A stretch of DNA of 63,899 nucleotides, counting the filler, from Octopus bimaculoides (Eukaryota): the NCBI RefSeq assembly GCF_001194135.2. It is 4 parts of 3 records of this genome, joined end to end, with 100 filler letters (N's around TTAATTAATTAA, not from the genome) between each part and the next. Parts side by side here need not be neighbours in the genome. Positions count along the whole stretch, not along the records: positions 45,464 to 62,160 come from NC_069001.1; positions 62,261 to 63,899 come from NC_068982.1; 2 more parts are not named here. One strand, 5' to 3'. This document shows, one piece after another, positions 50,665 through 63,846 of this stretch. A model generated the notes under the pieces. That model made no database searches and was not told the origin of the DNA. It was given only the letters and a program-made list of their open reading frames with translations. The translations under genes were made by a program, and so were the position numbers. Each line of letters begins with the position of its first letter. Within the stretch, counting starts at the first letter, position 1.

Positions 50665-50790
50665 TATGTATGTATGTATGTATGTATGTATGTATGTATG
50701 TATGTATGCATGCATGCATGCATGTATGTATGTATGTATGTATGTATATATGTATGCATATATGTATGTGTCTATGTACAGCTATATATG
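50665..50790. repeat. (TATG)n microsatellite at the 5' end of the Dong-type LINE
   Basis: Direct reading. Confidence 0.95.
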
Positions 50791-50961
50791 CACATATATA
50801 TTAGTGCTGGAATTAAATGGAGAACTCGAAAGTATAGTAGATACCTTGTCTCTTGCATTTTTAATTCTGCCATTAGCAAACTTATCAGTTATAAATTATA
50901 TGAACTGTTGAAGTGGCTCAAGGTCACTATTTCTTAAAGAAATAGCTTATCGATCCAATAC

Positions 50962-51013
<52 letters not shown>

Positions 51014-52127
51014 AAATCAAAATAAGCAACACTGATTTCAAAGATGATTGCAGTACGCACGTTTCATGCTACTCCATTTATTTAAGTAATGCGAGCATTA
51101 CATTAAATGCAATATGTAGAGCAATCTTCAGCTGCAGGAAAATGCAGAAAATCACAGTAGAATAGACATATTATAATTGTGGCAACATTTCAAATCCAAG
51201 TGGGAGGAAGAATACATAAAAATCCATCTTGACATAGCCAAGTCTATCAGGCTAGTAATTGGTTCTAGGCAAAAATTCTAAACTGTCTCTGATTTTATTG
51301 TCTCTTATCTAGTAGTAATAGTATGAGGGACAATCACTTCTAAGGAAAGGGAAGGTGTAAAGCATTATGCATGGACAAGGCTATAAAAGATATGGTTATA
51401 AAAGATTCTCTGGTCAGAGTGGCAAACACTCTTATAGGTTGGGGTATTTTACTACTATCAAAATGTTGAGGAATTAAACCCTAGGTATATAGGTCAAACA
51501 GGGCTTTTCCTTTAGTCTAAATAGAGCATCAGTATTGTTTTACAGATATCAATATTAGTTTAACCAATATTTTAACAGTAAGAGGTATGCTTATAAAATA
51601 AAAAGAATGAAGTAATGTCAGTATTGAATTCAGAGGCTAAAGATAAGGTGTAAGGTCTAAGGATATTAAGTATATTGGGTTCATGAAAATAATTTTGAAT
51701 TATTTAAAAAAATTATTTTAAAATTTTAGCTGATATATATAATAATACTATTTAGAAGAGAGAGAGAGAGAGAGAGAGAGTGAGAGAGACAGATAGTTAG
51801 ATAGATGTATATATATGTATACATATATGTTTGCGCGTATATATGAAAAGGTTTTCATCGACTTAAGGGTTTCGATAGTGATAGACTTCGTCAGATATTT
51901 TCATTTATTGATGAACCAAAGGTAAAAATAACGTGTATGATACTATTAATGTTTCGTTTGTAAGAATATATTTTAATTTTAGAAAAATTCCTTCAATGTT
52001 CACTGGGGTAATGTTTCATAGCTTTGTATATGTCAGCACAAAACACAAACGTTTACACTCTCGCACGTGCACGCGCGCACACACACATATACCCCGCCAC
52101 ACATATTATATATGCGTGCGTGTGTGT

Positions 52128-52166
<39 letters not shown>

Positions 52167-52399
52167 TGTGAGCAAGAAAATATACAGAGGAAATATTGAA
52201 AACGTCTCAAAATTTTAATGTATGTATATATATATATATATAACGTGTGATTAAAAGAAGTTTAAATTTAAATAACATTAGTGGAGAATAATTTCATTCT
52301 GTGTTTATATGTATAAAAATAAAAATATAACGATGATTTCACAGAATAAGTGTCTCTGTATAATGGTTCAACGGCAAAACGAATACGTAAGGTGAGTGT

Positions 52400-52418
52400 G
52401 GTATAAATAATAATAATG

Positions 52419-52466
<48 letters not shown>

Positions 52467-52478
52467 GTAATAATGAAT
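52400..52478. repeat. (AAT)n microsatellite
   Basis: Direct reading. Confidence 0.95.
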
Positions 52479-52689
52479 ACTAAAAAAATATTCTAAAAAA
52501 CTTGTTTTGAGTTGAATGCGCAACAGAAATTTTACGAGCACAAAACGAACTCTATTGACATCATCGAAGTTTAGTGAATAACAGTAGCAAGATAGGTATT
52601 GAAACTTGAGTAACACATGTATGCGGATTATTTATGTCTGCATGTATATATCTCTCACCATACATACGTCGGTGAAAGAGGATATAAGA

Positions 52690-52820
52690 TCAGCGAAAAG
52701 TCGCAGCTTTTCGAACTATGTCCTTTATAGAAACGAAGGTCTTTTGCTCCGACTTGCTCATTGCCACACTCAACTTCAAGAATATAGTAAACTCGTGATT
52801 GTCTTTTTGAAAATATTTAC
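52690..52820 (-). CDS. Candidate terminal exon (KYFQKDNHEFTIFLKLSVAMSKSEQKTFVSIKDIVRKAATFR*), strand uncertain
   Basis: Acceptor aatgcccttag; only the phase-1 frame is open from it; fits the donor at 55030. The mirror + frame is also open. Confidence 0.3.
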
Positions 52821-54344
52821 CTAAGGGCATTATAGTTTGAAATTATGTTAATGATATATGAAAGAATAATCGAAGCTAGCGAAAAATAAAAAAGAGAAAT
52901 CTCTTAAAAAAACATAGAAAAATAAATGTTATGACTACATACACATTCTCCAGTTTATGCATTCTTAAATATTGGATAAACTATATACCTAAATAATCTG
53001 ACATCAATATCGCGGCAGTAAATCAACTAGGTTATGTCAAAACATAAAAATAAGAAAAGAATTATGTCACTTGAGAAAGTGAATAGTTTTTAAATAGATC
53101 GTATCAAAAGTAAAATAATTTTGGTAAGAATCTATTACATTTGTGTTTAGCCATAACTAAATTCACATAGCAGCTGAATGAAGTCGCCATTGACTATAAA
53201 GGATATCGACATGTTACAAATCATTAATTTTATATCAGTGATATGAAAATTCTATAATACAAACGTAGAAAATTATGCAGAGAAAAATAAACACTTTCAT
53301 GGATTTTGCTAGTCATTACTGTCCTTGTCGTTCTCGTAATCATCATCATCATCATCGTCGTCGTCTTCATCGTCGTCGTCGTCGTTATCGTTATCATTTT
53401 CGAGCTCCGCATATTCAACTTGAATTTATCCATACTTGCGTTTATCTCATCACTTATAATACTCTTCTGTTATCTCTGCGCATTTCATCACTTGAAGATA
53501 GGCATTACTAGTTCGTTGCAAAGTTTCCTAAACTTTGATTTTTGCAGGATTCTCCCATGCAGACCTATATATATATATATATATATATATATNNNNNNNN
53601 NNNNNNNNNNNNNNNNNNNNNNNNNNNNNNNNNNNNNNNNNNNNNNNNNNNNNNNNNNNNNNNNNNNNNNNNNNNNNNNNNNNNNNNNNNNNNNNNNNNN
53701 NNNNNNNNNNNNNNNNNNNNNNNNNNNNNNNNNNNNNNNNNNNNNNNNNNNNNNNNNNNNNNNNNNNNNNNNNNNNNNNNNNNNNNNNNNNNNNNNNNNN
53801 NNNNNNNNNNNNNNNNNNNNNNNNNNNNNNNNNNNNNNNNNNNNNNNNNNNNNNNNNNNNNNNNNNNNNNNNNNNNNNNNNNNNNNNNNNNNNNNNNNNN
53901 NNNNNNNNNNNNNNNNNNNNNNNNNNNNNNNNNNNNNNNNNNNNNNNNNNNNNNNNNNNNNNNNNNNNNNNNNNNNNNNNNNNNNNNNNNNNNNNNNNNN
54001 NNNNNNNNNNNNNNNNNNNNNNNNNNNNNNNNNNNNNNNNNNNNNNNNNNNNNNNNNNNNNNNNNNNNNNNNNNNNNNNNNNNNNNNNNNNNNNNNNNNN
54101 NNNNNNNNNNNNNNNNNNNNNNNNNNNNNNNNNNNNNNNNNNNNNNNNNNNNNNNNNNNNNNNNNNNNNNNNNNNNNNNNNNNNNNNNNNNNNNNNNNNN
54201 NNNNNNNNNNNNNNNNNNNNNNNNNNNNNNNNNNNNNNNNNNNNNNNNNNNNNNNNNNNNNNNNNNNNNNNNNNNNNNNNNNNNNNNNNNNNNNNNNNNN
54301 NNNNNNNNNNATATATATATATATATTTATATATATATATATAC

Positions 54345-54515
54345 ATATATACGACGGGCTTCTTTCAGCCTCCGTCTACCAAATCCACTCACAAGGCTTT
54401 GGTCGGCCCGAGGCTATAGTAGAAGACACTTGCCCAAGGTGCCACGCAGTGGGACTGAACCCGGAACCATGTGGTTGGTAAGCAAGCTACTTACCACACA
54501 GCCACTCCTACGCCT
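54345..54515 (-). mobile_element. SINE family A, 5' half (rest in the gap)
   Basis: Reverse complement of the family A head. Confidence 0.88.
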
Positions 54516-55029
54516 ATGTGTAAAAAAAATATAAAAAGTGGAAGAGAAATGCATATAGTCTAATGTCTTTTTATAATTATATACATATATTATATGGATG
54601 TCGTGAAATCCAACCGTTTTCGCTATTTAAATTAGCTTTTCAATGGATATTGTACAGTAATCTGTTTTCGTGACACAGGGGTTTCGTCATTTTGGATGTT
54701 TGAAGAATAAGAAGAATGAGTCGAGAGAGTGAACCAAGGGAAGCAATTTCTGAATCTCTTTAATTCTTTAAATGTGCTGGCCCCCTGATAATTAATCGAT
54801 ATTAATTAATATATTAATATATGACTAATTATATATATATATACATATATATATATGAGTGTGTGTGCGCGTGCGTGTGCCTGCTTGTGTGTCTATCCGA
54901 ACAATGTTGTTACAGGCAGGCTTTTGTACGGGTTTCGAGACTTAGAAGTCACGAAAGCCGTACAAAAGCCAAGTTATATGCGAAGTGTTCCCAATACCAG
55001 ACTTAACGGTAAAAATAGATCACGTTTAC

Positions 55030-55160
55030 CATCGAAATCTCCAAATAGATACATAGCCCGAGGTGGCTGTTGTTTCACATATGACCTCCTAGCATCAGTA
55101 ATCGTTATTGCTATTCTTTCTTGGTCGTCTGCATCTCTGACAAAGTCTTCTGCCTGTCGA
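55030..55160 (-). CDS. Candidate exon (RQAEDFVRDADDQERIAITITDARRSYVKQQPPRAMYLFGDFD), strand uncertain
   Basis: Acceptor ttttattctttcttgtttag and donor G/GTAAAC; 131 nt, phase 2 to 1. The mirror + frame (54855-55178) is also open. Confidence 0.35.
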
Positions 55161-55204
55161 CTAAACAAGAAAGAATAAAAATTGCCCCAGCAGATTATAA
55201 ATCC

Positions 55205-55580
55205 ATACGGGTGGCTGTGTGGTTCCGGGTTCAGTCCCACTGTGTGACACCATAGGCAAGTGTCTTCTACTATAGTCTCGAGCCGACCAAACCCTTGTGA
55301 GTGGATTTGGCAGACGGAAACTGAAAGAAGCCTGTCGTATATATGTATATGTATATATATGTGTGTTTGTGTTTCTGTGTTTGTCCCCCAACATCACTTG
55401 ACAACCGATGGTGGTGTGTTTACGTCCCCGTAACTTAGCGGTTTCGCAAAAGAGACCGATATAATAAGTACTAGGCTTACAAAAATAAGTCCTGGGGTCG
55501 ATTTGCTCGACTAAAGGTGGTGCTCCAGCATCGCCGCAGTCAAATAACTGAAACAAGTAAAAGAGTAAAAGAGTAAAGAG
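55205..55580 (+). mobile_element. SINE family A
   Basis: Aligns with 49406-49800, with a short deletion in the head. Confidence 0.9.
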
Positions 55581-56383
55581 AGTAGCGTGGAAAGCAAAAT
55601 CGCCAACAATATTATAAAGTATGAAATCCGGAGTTCAAGATTTACTGCAGTAAATGGATAAACTAATTCCATGGATCGACACTCCGTGTGGTTCCTTGGC
55701 CATGCGTTTGTTAATATAGACGCACGATAAAGAAAAAAAAAATCAATGCTATAAACTTTCCGTACTATGAAATATTTCACAAAACATGTGAAGTAATAAA
55801 GCAGGACTCCTCCAAGGAATAAATCAACTCCAACTGCAATCACGCTAAAAACAGTTTTTCTCATTCGATCGTTGAAGTCCATCAACGTCAAGCGTACGTA
55901 ACACGTAGACAGTTGATCGCTGTTTGCTGTTGCAATCTGTTAAAATAGTTGTTCCAGTTGCTTGGAACGGATGAAAAATTAAATAAGATGGTCTTACATA
56001 CACTATGATGGAAAAAATGCAGAGTTCATTTGCAGTTGGAAACCCGGTGATGATAGAAAAGGCTTAATTTAGTACCAACCATAAACAACCAATACCTGTG
56101 AACACACGGTAACTATAAATTGGTTGTAATCTAATTATTAATCAGGTATAAATATATAGTATAGTACACGCATCTGCATAAACTAGGTGAATGTATATCT
56201 AGTGGAACAGAAATACGTTACAAGAGAAATCCAAAGTTATTATCAACTGTAATAAATTCTATAAATAGTAACAGTTTACGATAACGTAACTGAGAAACAT
56301 ATATAACTCATAAGGACGTTTCAATGAAGGAGTAGCTGCGCAGTCACATGACTTACTGGAAAGAGTACCCGGATTTCCTTCAA

Positions 56384-56803
56384 ATCACGAACCACATGGT
56401 TCCGGCTTCAGTCTCACTTCGTGGCACCTTTGGCAAGTGTCTTTTGCTATAGCCTCGGGCCGACCAAAGCTCTGTGACTGGATTTGGTAGACAGAAATTG
56501 AAGGAAGCCGTCGTATATATATATATATATATATATATNNNNNNNNNNNNNNNNNNNNNNNNNNNNNNNNNNNNNNNNNNNNNNNNNNNNNNNNNNNNNN
56601 NNNNNNNNNNNNNNNNNNNNNNNNNNNNNNNNNNNNNNNNNNNNNNNNNNNNNNNNNNNNNNNNNNNNNNNNNNNNNNNNNNNNNNNNNNNNNNNNNNNN
56701 NNNNNNNNNNNNNNNNNNNNNNNNNNNNNNNNNNNNNNNNNNNNNNNNNNNNNNNNNNNNNNNNNNNNNNNNNNNNNNNNNNNNNNNNNNNNNNNNNNNN
56801 NNN

Positions 56804-56850
<47 letters not shown>

Positions 56851-57052
56851 ATATGTTTGTGTGTGTATTTGTCTCTCCCTCATCGCTTGACAACCGATGC
56901 TGGTTCGTTTACGTCCCTGTAACTAGCAAAAGAGACCGATAGAATAAGTACTAGGCTTACAAAGAATAAGTTCTTGGATCGATTTGCTCGACTAAAGGCG
57001 GTGCTCCAGCATCGCCACAGCCAAATGACTAAAACAAGTAAAATAATAAAAG
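56384..57052 (+). mobile_element. SINE family A spanning a gap in its internal microsatellite
   Basis: The head is at 56384-56520 and the tail at 56800-57052. Confidence 0.85.
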
Positions 57053-57834
57053 AACTTTATGTTATATAACAGTAAATGGCATTAATCGAAGGGATGGTCA
57101 TTATGACAGGAAAGTCTGCTAGATTAATGCAGAGCTATAACTAAACATTAACCGTAACAACATTAACTAAAGAAGACTGGGCAGTGAATACAAAGATACA
57201 ATTGATATCGATGTCCCTGAGTTTATATTGATATACAAATTAGAATACATACAAAGACTTTAATTGGGACATTATAAATAGATAAAAGAATACAAAAGTG
57301 TTTGAAAACTCGAAAATGTCATTCATGTGCACACAATACAAAAAAATGTATACATATATACAGGACATGTTTTGTGTGGATTTCTTAATTCAGTATTGCA
57401 TACATAAGATGCTTACATAAAACTGCAAAGAAACATTTGTATAGTGTGTTGATGCTGTAGGATAAAAACACATTCAAATAACATTAACAGTAAGAACATG
57501 ACAATATTTTATAAACTGACATAAAAATGGAATAAATATTTTTTTCAGAATGTAGCTGAAAAGGTAAGAATGTACATAAACATATGTATTGAATTAAAAG
57601 CATGACTTCAAAGAAATGTATTAAATAACATATTTTAATTGGTACACAACTGAAAGGATATGCAATTGTTTCCCAAGAAACATCGACACCGTTATTTGAA
57701 TATGTATTACTCTCGAACTTTGAAAATTTGATGTGTCCAATGTCAATATAAATCTTCTTGATGAAAGGAAAAAGAGTCTTGATATATTTCTATTAATAAG
57801 ACGACACAAATCTCAAAATATAATGGTTTAAAAT

Positions 57835-58040
57835 TTTGGCACAGGACCAACAATTCCAGGGAAAGGTAAGTCGATTAAATCAACCCTAGTGCACAACTGG
57901 TACTTATTTTATCAACACCAAAAGGATGAAAGGCAAACTCGACCTCGGGGAAATTTGCACTCAGAACGTAAAGTCAGACAAAATGCGATCAATCATTTTA
58001 CTCAGTATGGTAACGATTCTGTCAGCAGGCCGTTTAGATC
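57835..58040 (-). mobile_element. SINE family B
   Basis: Reverse complement contains gaggtcgagtttgcctttcatccttttggtgttgataaaataagtaccag. Confidence 0.8.
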
Positions 58041-58289
58041 ATTTTCAGCTGTCACCCTTTCACTCGAGTAGAAATTTTTCCGTTGATGATGCCAGTTACA
58101 ATTGGTAGATATACGCCGAGACGTCACTGAGCAAGATTTGCGGTGCATGCATAAAATTGGTATCACATGCTAATCAAATGCAGGAATTATTCGAAGCACT
58201 TCACTCTGTCAGAGATTCCTCTAATCACACACATTAGAGCGTCTTACTACTGATTATAGACAATTGCTTCTACGAATTGTCCCTTAAGA

Positions 58290-58875
58290 TATTCACTATT
58301 TCTGTCGTTGAGGCGTTTGATCTCTGAGAAAGTTGTATATGGTTCGAATAGGGATAGCGAACCATGTTTACAACTCGAGTGATGTTCCTGAAGAAATGCT
58401 GGAATCAATCTTTATCGAGTGCAAAAATCACTGAACGATAAGACAAATGAGTCATGTGATGAAGATAATTCTGAGAGTGGAATTGAATCGAATGAGAGGT
58501 ACTATAAGAGGAAACCTATCAGATGAATAGTTCGGCTATCGAACAGAAAAGGGAAGGAGAAATGCAAGTCTGTGCTTGAGGATGTTGGTGGAAAAGTGTA
58601 TGAAGAAACAAGTGTATAGAGAAACTTGTACATCTGTTTTATTGATTATGTGAAGGCGTTTGACGGGGTCAAGCATGAAAAGTTATTGAGAACGTTGGAA
58701 GAAATCTAGATTAATGGGAATGATCTAAGAATGATTCGGAATTTGTATTGCGACCAGAAAGCAACCATCAGAATGCATGGAAAATTGGACGACTGGATTG
58801 ACATTCAAAAAGGTGTCCGGCGGGGCTGTATTTTGTCTCATGATTTATTCAACCAGTATCATTTATTCAACCAGT
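58290..58875 (+). mobile_element. RTE-clade LINE reverse-transcriptase fragment
   Basis: ECKNH-TIRQMSHVMKI, FGYRTEKG, CFIDYVKAFD-VKH and QKGVRRGCILSHDLFNQY. Confidence 0.88.
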
Positions 58876-58879
58876 ATAA

Positions 58880-59035
58880 TGACAGAATTCATTCCGTTTA
58901 CGTTTACCAAATCCACTCAAAAGGCTTTGATGTTGACCCGAGGCTATAGCTGAAGGCACTTGCCCATGGTACCACGCAGTGGGGCCGAACCCGGAAACAT
59001 GTGGCTGGGAGGCGCACTTGGTACTACACTGCCAT
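58880..59035 (-). mobile_element. SINE family A, 5' half
   Basis: caaatccactcaaaaggcttt...cacttgccc...gaacccggaaacatgtgg. Confidence 0.8.
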
Positions 59036-59094
59036 ATCTGTGCCTGTATATAGATAAAGTAAGACTAATTGTGTTTATCGGCATCAGTACCAAC

Positions 59095-59212
<118 letters not shown>

Positions 59213-59342
59213 CTACATACATACATACATACACATATATATATACAGGGCGTAATGGATATATAATATTGTACACATCGATTATTATATGTATATATAT
59301 GTATTTGTGTGCATGTATATATGTGTGTATGTGTATGTGTGT

Positions 59343-59382
<40 letters not shown>

Positions 59383-59399
59383 NNNNNNNNNNTGTGTGT

Positions 59400-59445
<46 letters not shown>

Positions 59446-59898
59446 ATCTGTAATCTTTATACCACTCAAAATGTTTTACAATCATTTCTGCTTAACTGTG
59501 TTCGGAACGTAGTCTGAATATTATGAATAAGATTTGTCTACAGAGGATTTTATCATTTAGATTTGTAAGAATATTAAACACTTTCAAAATATAACAGATT
59601 TTTCACCACAAGTCGAAACAAAATATAGAAGTGACAAGTAATTATACGAATATGTAAATCTAAAAGAACTGTATAATATCATACGTATTTATGTATGTAT
59701 GCATGCGTAGATTTCGTAAGTATATACCTGTAACTATATGTATACATACATACGTGCATACATACAAGCATACAAGCATATATATAAACATATATCTATA
59801 TGTAAATATATGTGTATGTAATACATGTATCTACATCGCTTTCTATTTAGCTCTCTCTATCTATCTTCATACACATACACACAAACACACACACACAA

Positions 59899-59967
<69 letters not shown>

Positions 59968-60179
59968 CACTTATACATGTTTCTGTCTAGTTATATATAC
60001 GACTGTTGTATATATTTGTAAATATTAATTGCTATAGAAAACATGCAGAGATATCTTTAGAAAGTGATATCAGAACATATATTATAAATATCTACAAATG
60101 CCCCCCCCCACCCACACACACAAGCACACACAGCGGCATATGTATATATGCGTGTGTATGTGTGTTTCTGTGTCTGTGT

Positions 60180-60440
60180 GTGTCATAAAGGTTGTGAGTT
60201 CGAATACTGCTTTTATTTCACGTTGCTCCAGTACACAGAGCTGAGAGAAGTGGTTTGTGGCTGTAATTCTAAGGTCCAGCCTTATTTCATTCTGTGTTAG
60301 GCTAAATCTTCCCGAAAACTACACTCAGGCTATGAGTGTTCGTCGATTGCTCAGTCATTTGCACATTACCTGTCCGAGCAGGTTGCTCCGTTGATTGGGT
60401 TGAGCTGAACACTCATCGTCGTAGTCGACAGAGAGCCAAT
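60180..60440 (+). mobile_element. SINE family C, diverged
   Basis: B-box-like gtgagttcgaatac followed by ttcacgttgctccagt...cagccttatttc; related to 23105-23260. Confidence 0.5.
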
Positions 60441-61290
60441 CATGTTACTATACTTATTATCATACATACATACATACATGCATACATACATACATAAGTA
60501 CAGACATACACATGTATACACACACAAACACCCATATATATATATNNNNNNNNNNNNNNNNNNNNNNNNNNNNNNNNNNNNNNNNNNNNNNNNNNNNNNN
60601 NNNNNNNNNNNNNNNNNNNNNNNNNNNNNNNNNNNNNNNNNNNNNNNNNNNNNNNNNNNNNNNNNNNNNNNNNNNNNNNNNNNNNNNNNNNNNNNNNNNN
60701 NNNNNNNNNNNNNNNNNNNNNNNNNNNNNNNNNNNNNNNNNNNNNNNNNNNNNNNNNNNNNNNNNNNNNNNNNNNNNNNNNNNNNNNNNNNNNNNNNNNN
60801 NNNNNNNNNNNNNNNNNNNNNNNNNNNNNNNNNNNNNNNNNNNNNNNNNNNNNNNNNNNNNNNNNNNNNNNNNNNNNNNNNNNNNNNNNNNNNNNNNNNN
60901 NNNNNNNNNNNNNNNNNNNNNNNNNNNNNNNNNNNNNNNNNNNNNNNNNNNNNNNNNNNNNNNNNNNNNNNNNNNNNNNNNNNNNNNNNNNNNNNNNNNN
61001 NNNNNNNNNNNNNNNNNNNNNNNNNNNNNNNNNNNNNNNNNNNNNNNNNNNNNNNNNNNNNNNNNNNNNNNNNNNNNNNNNNNNNNNNNNNNNNNNNNNN
61101 NNNNNNNNNNNNNNNNNNNNNNNNNNNNNNNNNNNNNNNNNNNNNNNNNNNNNNNNNNNNNNNNNNNNNNNNNNNNNNNNNNNNNNNNNNNNNNNNNNNN
61201 NNNNNNNNNNNNNNNNNNTATATATATATATATATACGTATGTATATATGTATATCTATGTATATATGTGTGTGTATATAAATATATACG

Positions 61291-61347
<57 letters not shown>

Positions 61348-61765
61348 GTAAAAGTATAAGTACTAGCTGAATGTTTTTCTATCTCAAAAACTATCGTCCA
61401 TATATACGCATACAAAATAAAGTATATCTATTAAGAGATGTCTTCAATTCCACTGATTTCCTTTTTTCTATGTATCTAAATGTTGTCAATAAGATTGGTC
61501 AATATAGCATTCATGCATCTTATAAATATTATATCATATATTTCCATATGTTTCAATGTGTGTCTGTGCCATGTGTATTATGTCTGTGCAATTGCATTAT
61601 CCTTGAGATTACTTCCAATTCTATTCGGTAAATTATGGTTTCGAATATAAACTGGCTGAAAAGTTCTAGACAACAGGAAATGATTTTTTGAGTCGACATG
61701 CAAAGAACGTCACTGATAATAAATTACCTGATTTGTGATATCATTAATATCTACTCTTATGTATG

Positions 61766-61766
61766 A

Positions 61767-61813
<47 letters not shown>

Positions 61814-61830
61814 ACATCCTCATCATCTTC
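61766..61830. repeat. (ATC)n microsatellite
   Basis: Direct reading. Confidence 0.95.
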
Positions 61831-62110
61831 GTCGACGTCGTTGTCCTCGTAGTCGTTATGTGATACTTTGTTTTTGGTTTTAAGTTGTATTTTATAAACT
61901 GGAATGTTTTGAAGAAGTGTAATGAGAGCCTATGTAACGGTTTTAGATATATACGCATGCATGAACATACATATATATTTATATATGTGTGTGTATGCGT
62001 GTTCTCTATATGCATGTATGTGCATGTGTGTGTGTGTAATGTTATATACGAACATATAAAAGCATCCATATGAATATACATATATGTATATTTTCATATA
62101 TATTATACAT

Positions 62111-62160
<50 letters not shown>

Positions 62161-62260
62161 NNNNNNNNNNNNNNNNNNNNNNNNNNNNNNNNNNNNNNNN
62201 NNNNTTAATTAATTAANNNNNNNNNNNNNNNNNNNNNNNNNNNNNNNNNNNNNNNNNNNN
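62161..62260. other. Synthetic scaffold-join spacer
   Basis: 44 N + TTAATTAATTAA + 44 N. Confidence 0.95.
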
Positions 62261-62357
62261 TATACAACTTTGTATATAAAATAAATTTTACAAACAAACT
62301 TTTTAAAACATGAAAAAGGCAAAACTTACAGAGCCGACACGTCTACCGTCCGTCCAT

Positions 62358-62491
<134 letters not shown>

Positions 62492-62780
62492 TTAATAAAT
62501 AAGACAACATTGATATGGATAAAAAGAAATGCAGTGAATAAGAATGAATATATGTGCTTTTGTGAAAATGCAACAAAAGTATATAATGTTCTGTTGGATA
62601 TGGAAGAAAACATAATTACATGCGTTCCCTTCTGTCCAATTTTACCTTATTTTCCTTTTCTGTAAAATAACTTTGTAATTGATCCTGTTTATTAATTAAT
62701 ATCAAGATGAGATATTGGCCTTAAGAGTAAATTTCGTTTAGAATCTTCTAATTATATGCGTGGGCATCTCATATGAATTC

Positions 62781-62950
62781 TCTTGCACATACATTCCCTT
62801 GCATTCTCTTGCATTCTCTTGCACATACATTCCGTTGCATTCTCTTGCACATACATTCCCTTGCATTCTCTTGCACATACATTCCCTTGCATTCTCTTGC
62901 ATTCTCTTGCACATACATTCCCTTGCATTCTCTTGCATTCTCTTGCATTC
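62781..62950. repeat. Composite minisatellite of 16-bp (tcttgcacatacattc) and 10-bp (ycttgcattc) subunits
   Basis: Order A B B A B A B A B B A B B B. Confidence 0.92.
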
Positions 62951-63154
62951 CCTTATGCATACTCCTGCCACATTCTACACCCAACCCCCTTGCCTTCTTT
63001 CACACCTGCTACTACCTTCTCACTTCCACGCATTTTTCGAACACAAGACGGTTACACATACACTCACCTAGTTGTTTTTTTTTTGTTTTTGTTTTTGTTT
63101 TTTTACACCAGCTACCTATTCTCTTTCACTCTCCTTCACTCTTTTCTTCTATAT

Positions 63155-63200
63155 TTTTCTTCTGATGAAGGACTAGCATCCTAAACGTCGAAACGCATTC
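63155..63200 (+). ncRNA. Degenerate hammerhead-like motif in a PLE-like 3' end
   Basis: CTGATGA AGGA-ctagca-TCCT AAAC GTC GAAAC. The core and helix II are intact, but the GAAA junction and helix I are imperfect. Confidence 0.35.
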
Positions 63201-63846
63201 CCTTCCTGTTAAGCGATAACCTAGTATAATATCTGTTAAAACATTGTCTCTTTCTTTTTGTTCATTGCTTTTATTATATACAAACACATACACATACATA
63301 CATTAATGCATGCATATAGATGTATACATGATATATATTTCCTTACGTATGCATATATTTATATCAGTTAATATAGGTTTCTTACATAAACGCATGCTTT
63401 CTTCTTGGTATCAATCTATCAACCCACGGTTAGAAACACTCATATTCGTTTTCCTAATTCTTTTCTTTAATCTTATGTTTAAATGTGCTCTGATAGTCGA
63501 ATTTTTATGTCACTAGATATTTGCATGAATACTTATGTTTAAATCTTAGTATTTTGTTTATTGTTCAGTGTGGATATAACACTTTAAATCTTTACTTATT
63601 TATTTACTCACTTATAAATTTTGGCGCAGTTTTCACAGCTTGAATTTACGCCTTCGCTAATATATGAAAATACAACAGCACGTCATGCATTTTTTACACC
63701 CTTTCCAGAAATATTTTTCATACATTCTCACATTCTCTGTCTCTCTCTTTCTTTCTCTCCCTCTCTCTCCCTTTCTCTCTCCATCTCTCTAGCACACACA
63801 CATATATGTATGGATATCTCTCTATCTCTTTCTCTCGCTACATATA

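Noticed and set aside
53290-53420. Asp-rich minus frame (ENDNDNDDDDDEDDD...)
   Set aside because: Degenerate (GAT/GAC)n repeat bounded by stops, with no splice acceptor.
55030-55075. Similarity of PRAMYLFGDFDG to the CBM48 motif of glycogen branching enzyme
   Set aside because: The spacing is two residues short, the conserved Trp residues are absent, and the upstream sequence is unrelated.
57549-57563. Possible 15-nt + microexon NVAEK
   Set aside because: Good splice sites but no neighbouring exon support, and such short matches arise by chance.
57845-57865. Apparent exon with GTAAGT donor
   Set aside because: It lies within the reverse-complemented tail of a family B SINE.
62781-62950. 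CRISPR-like array
   Set aside because: Contiguous tandem subunits with no unique spacers, in eukaryotic context with no cas genes.
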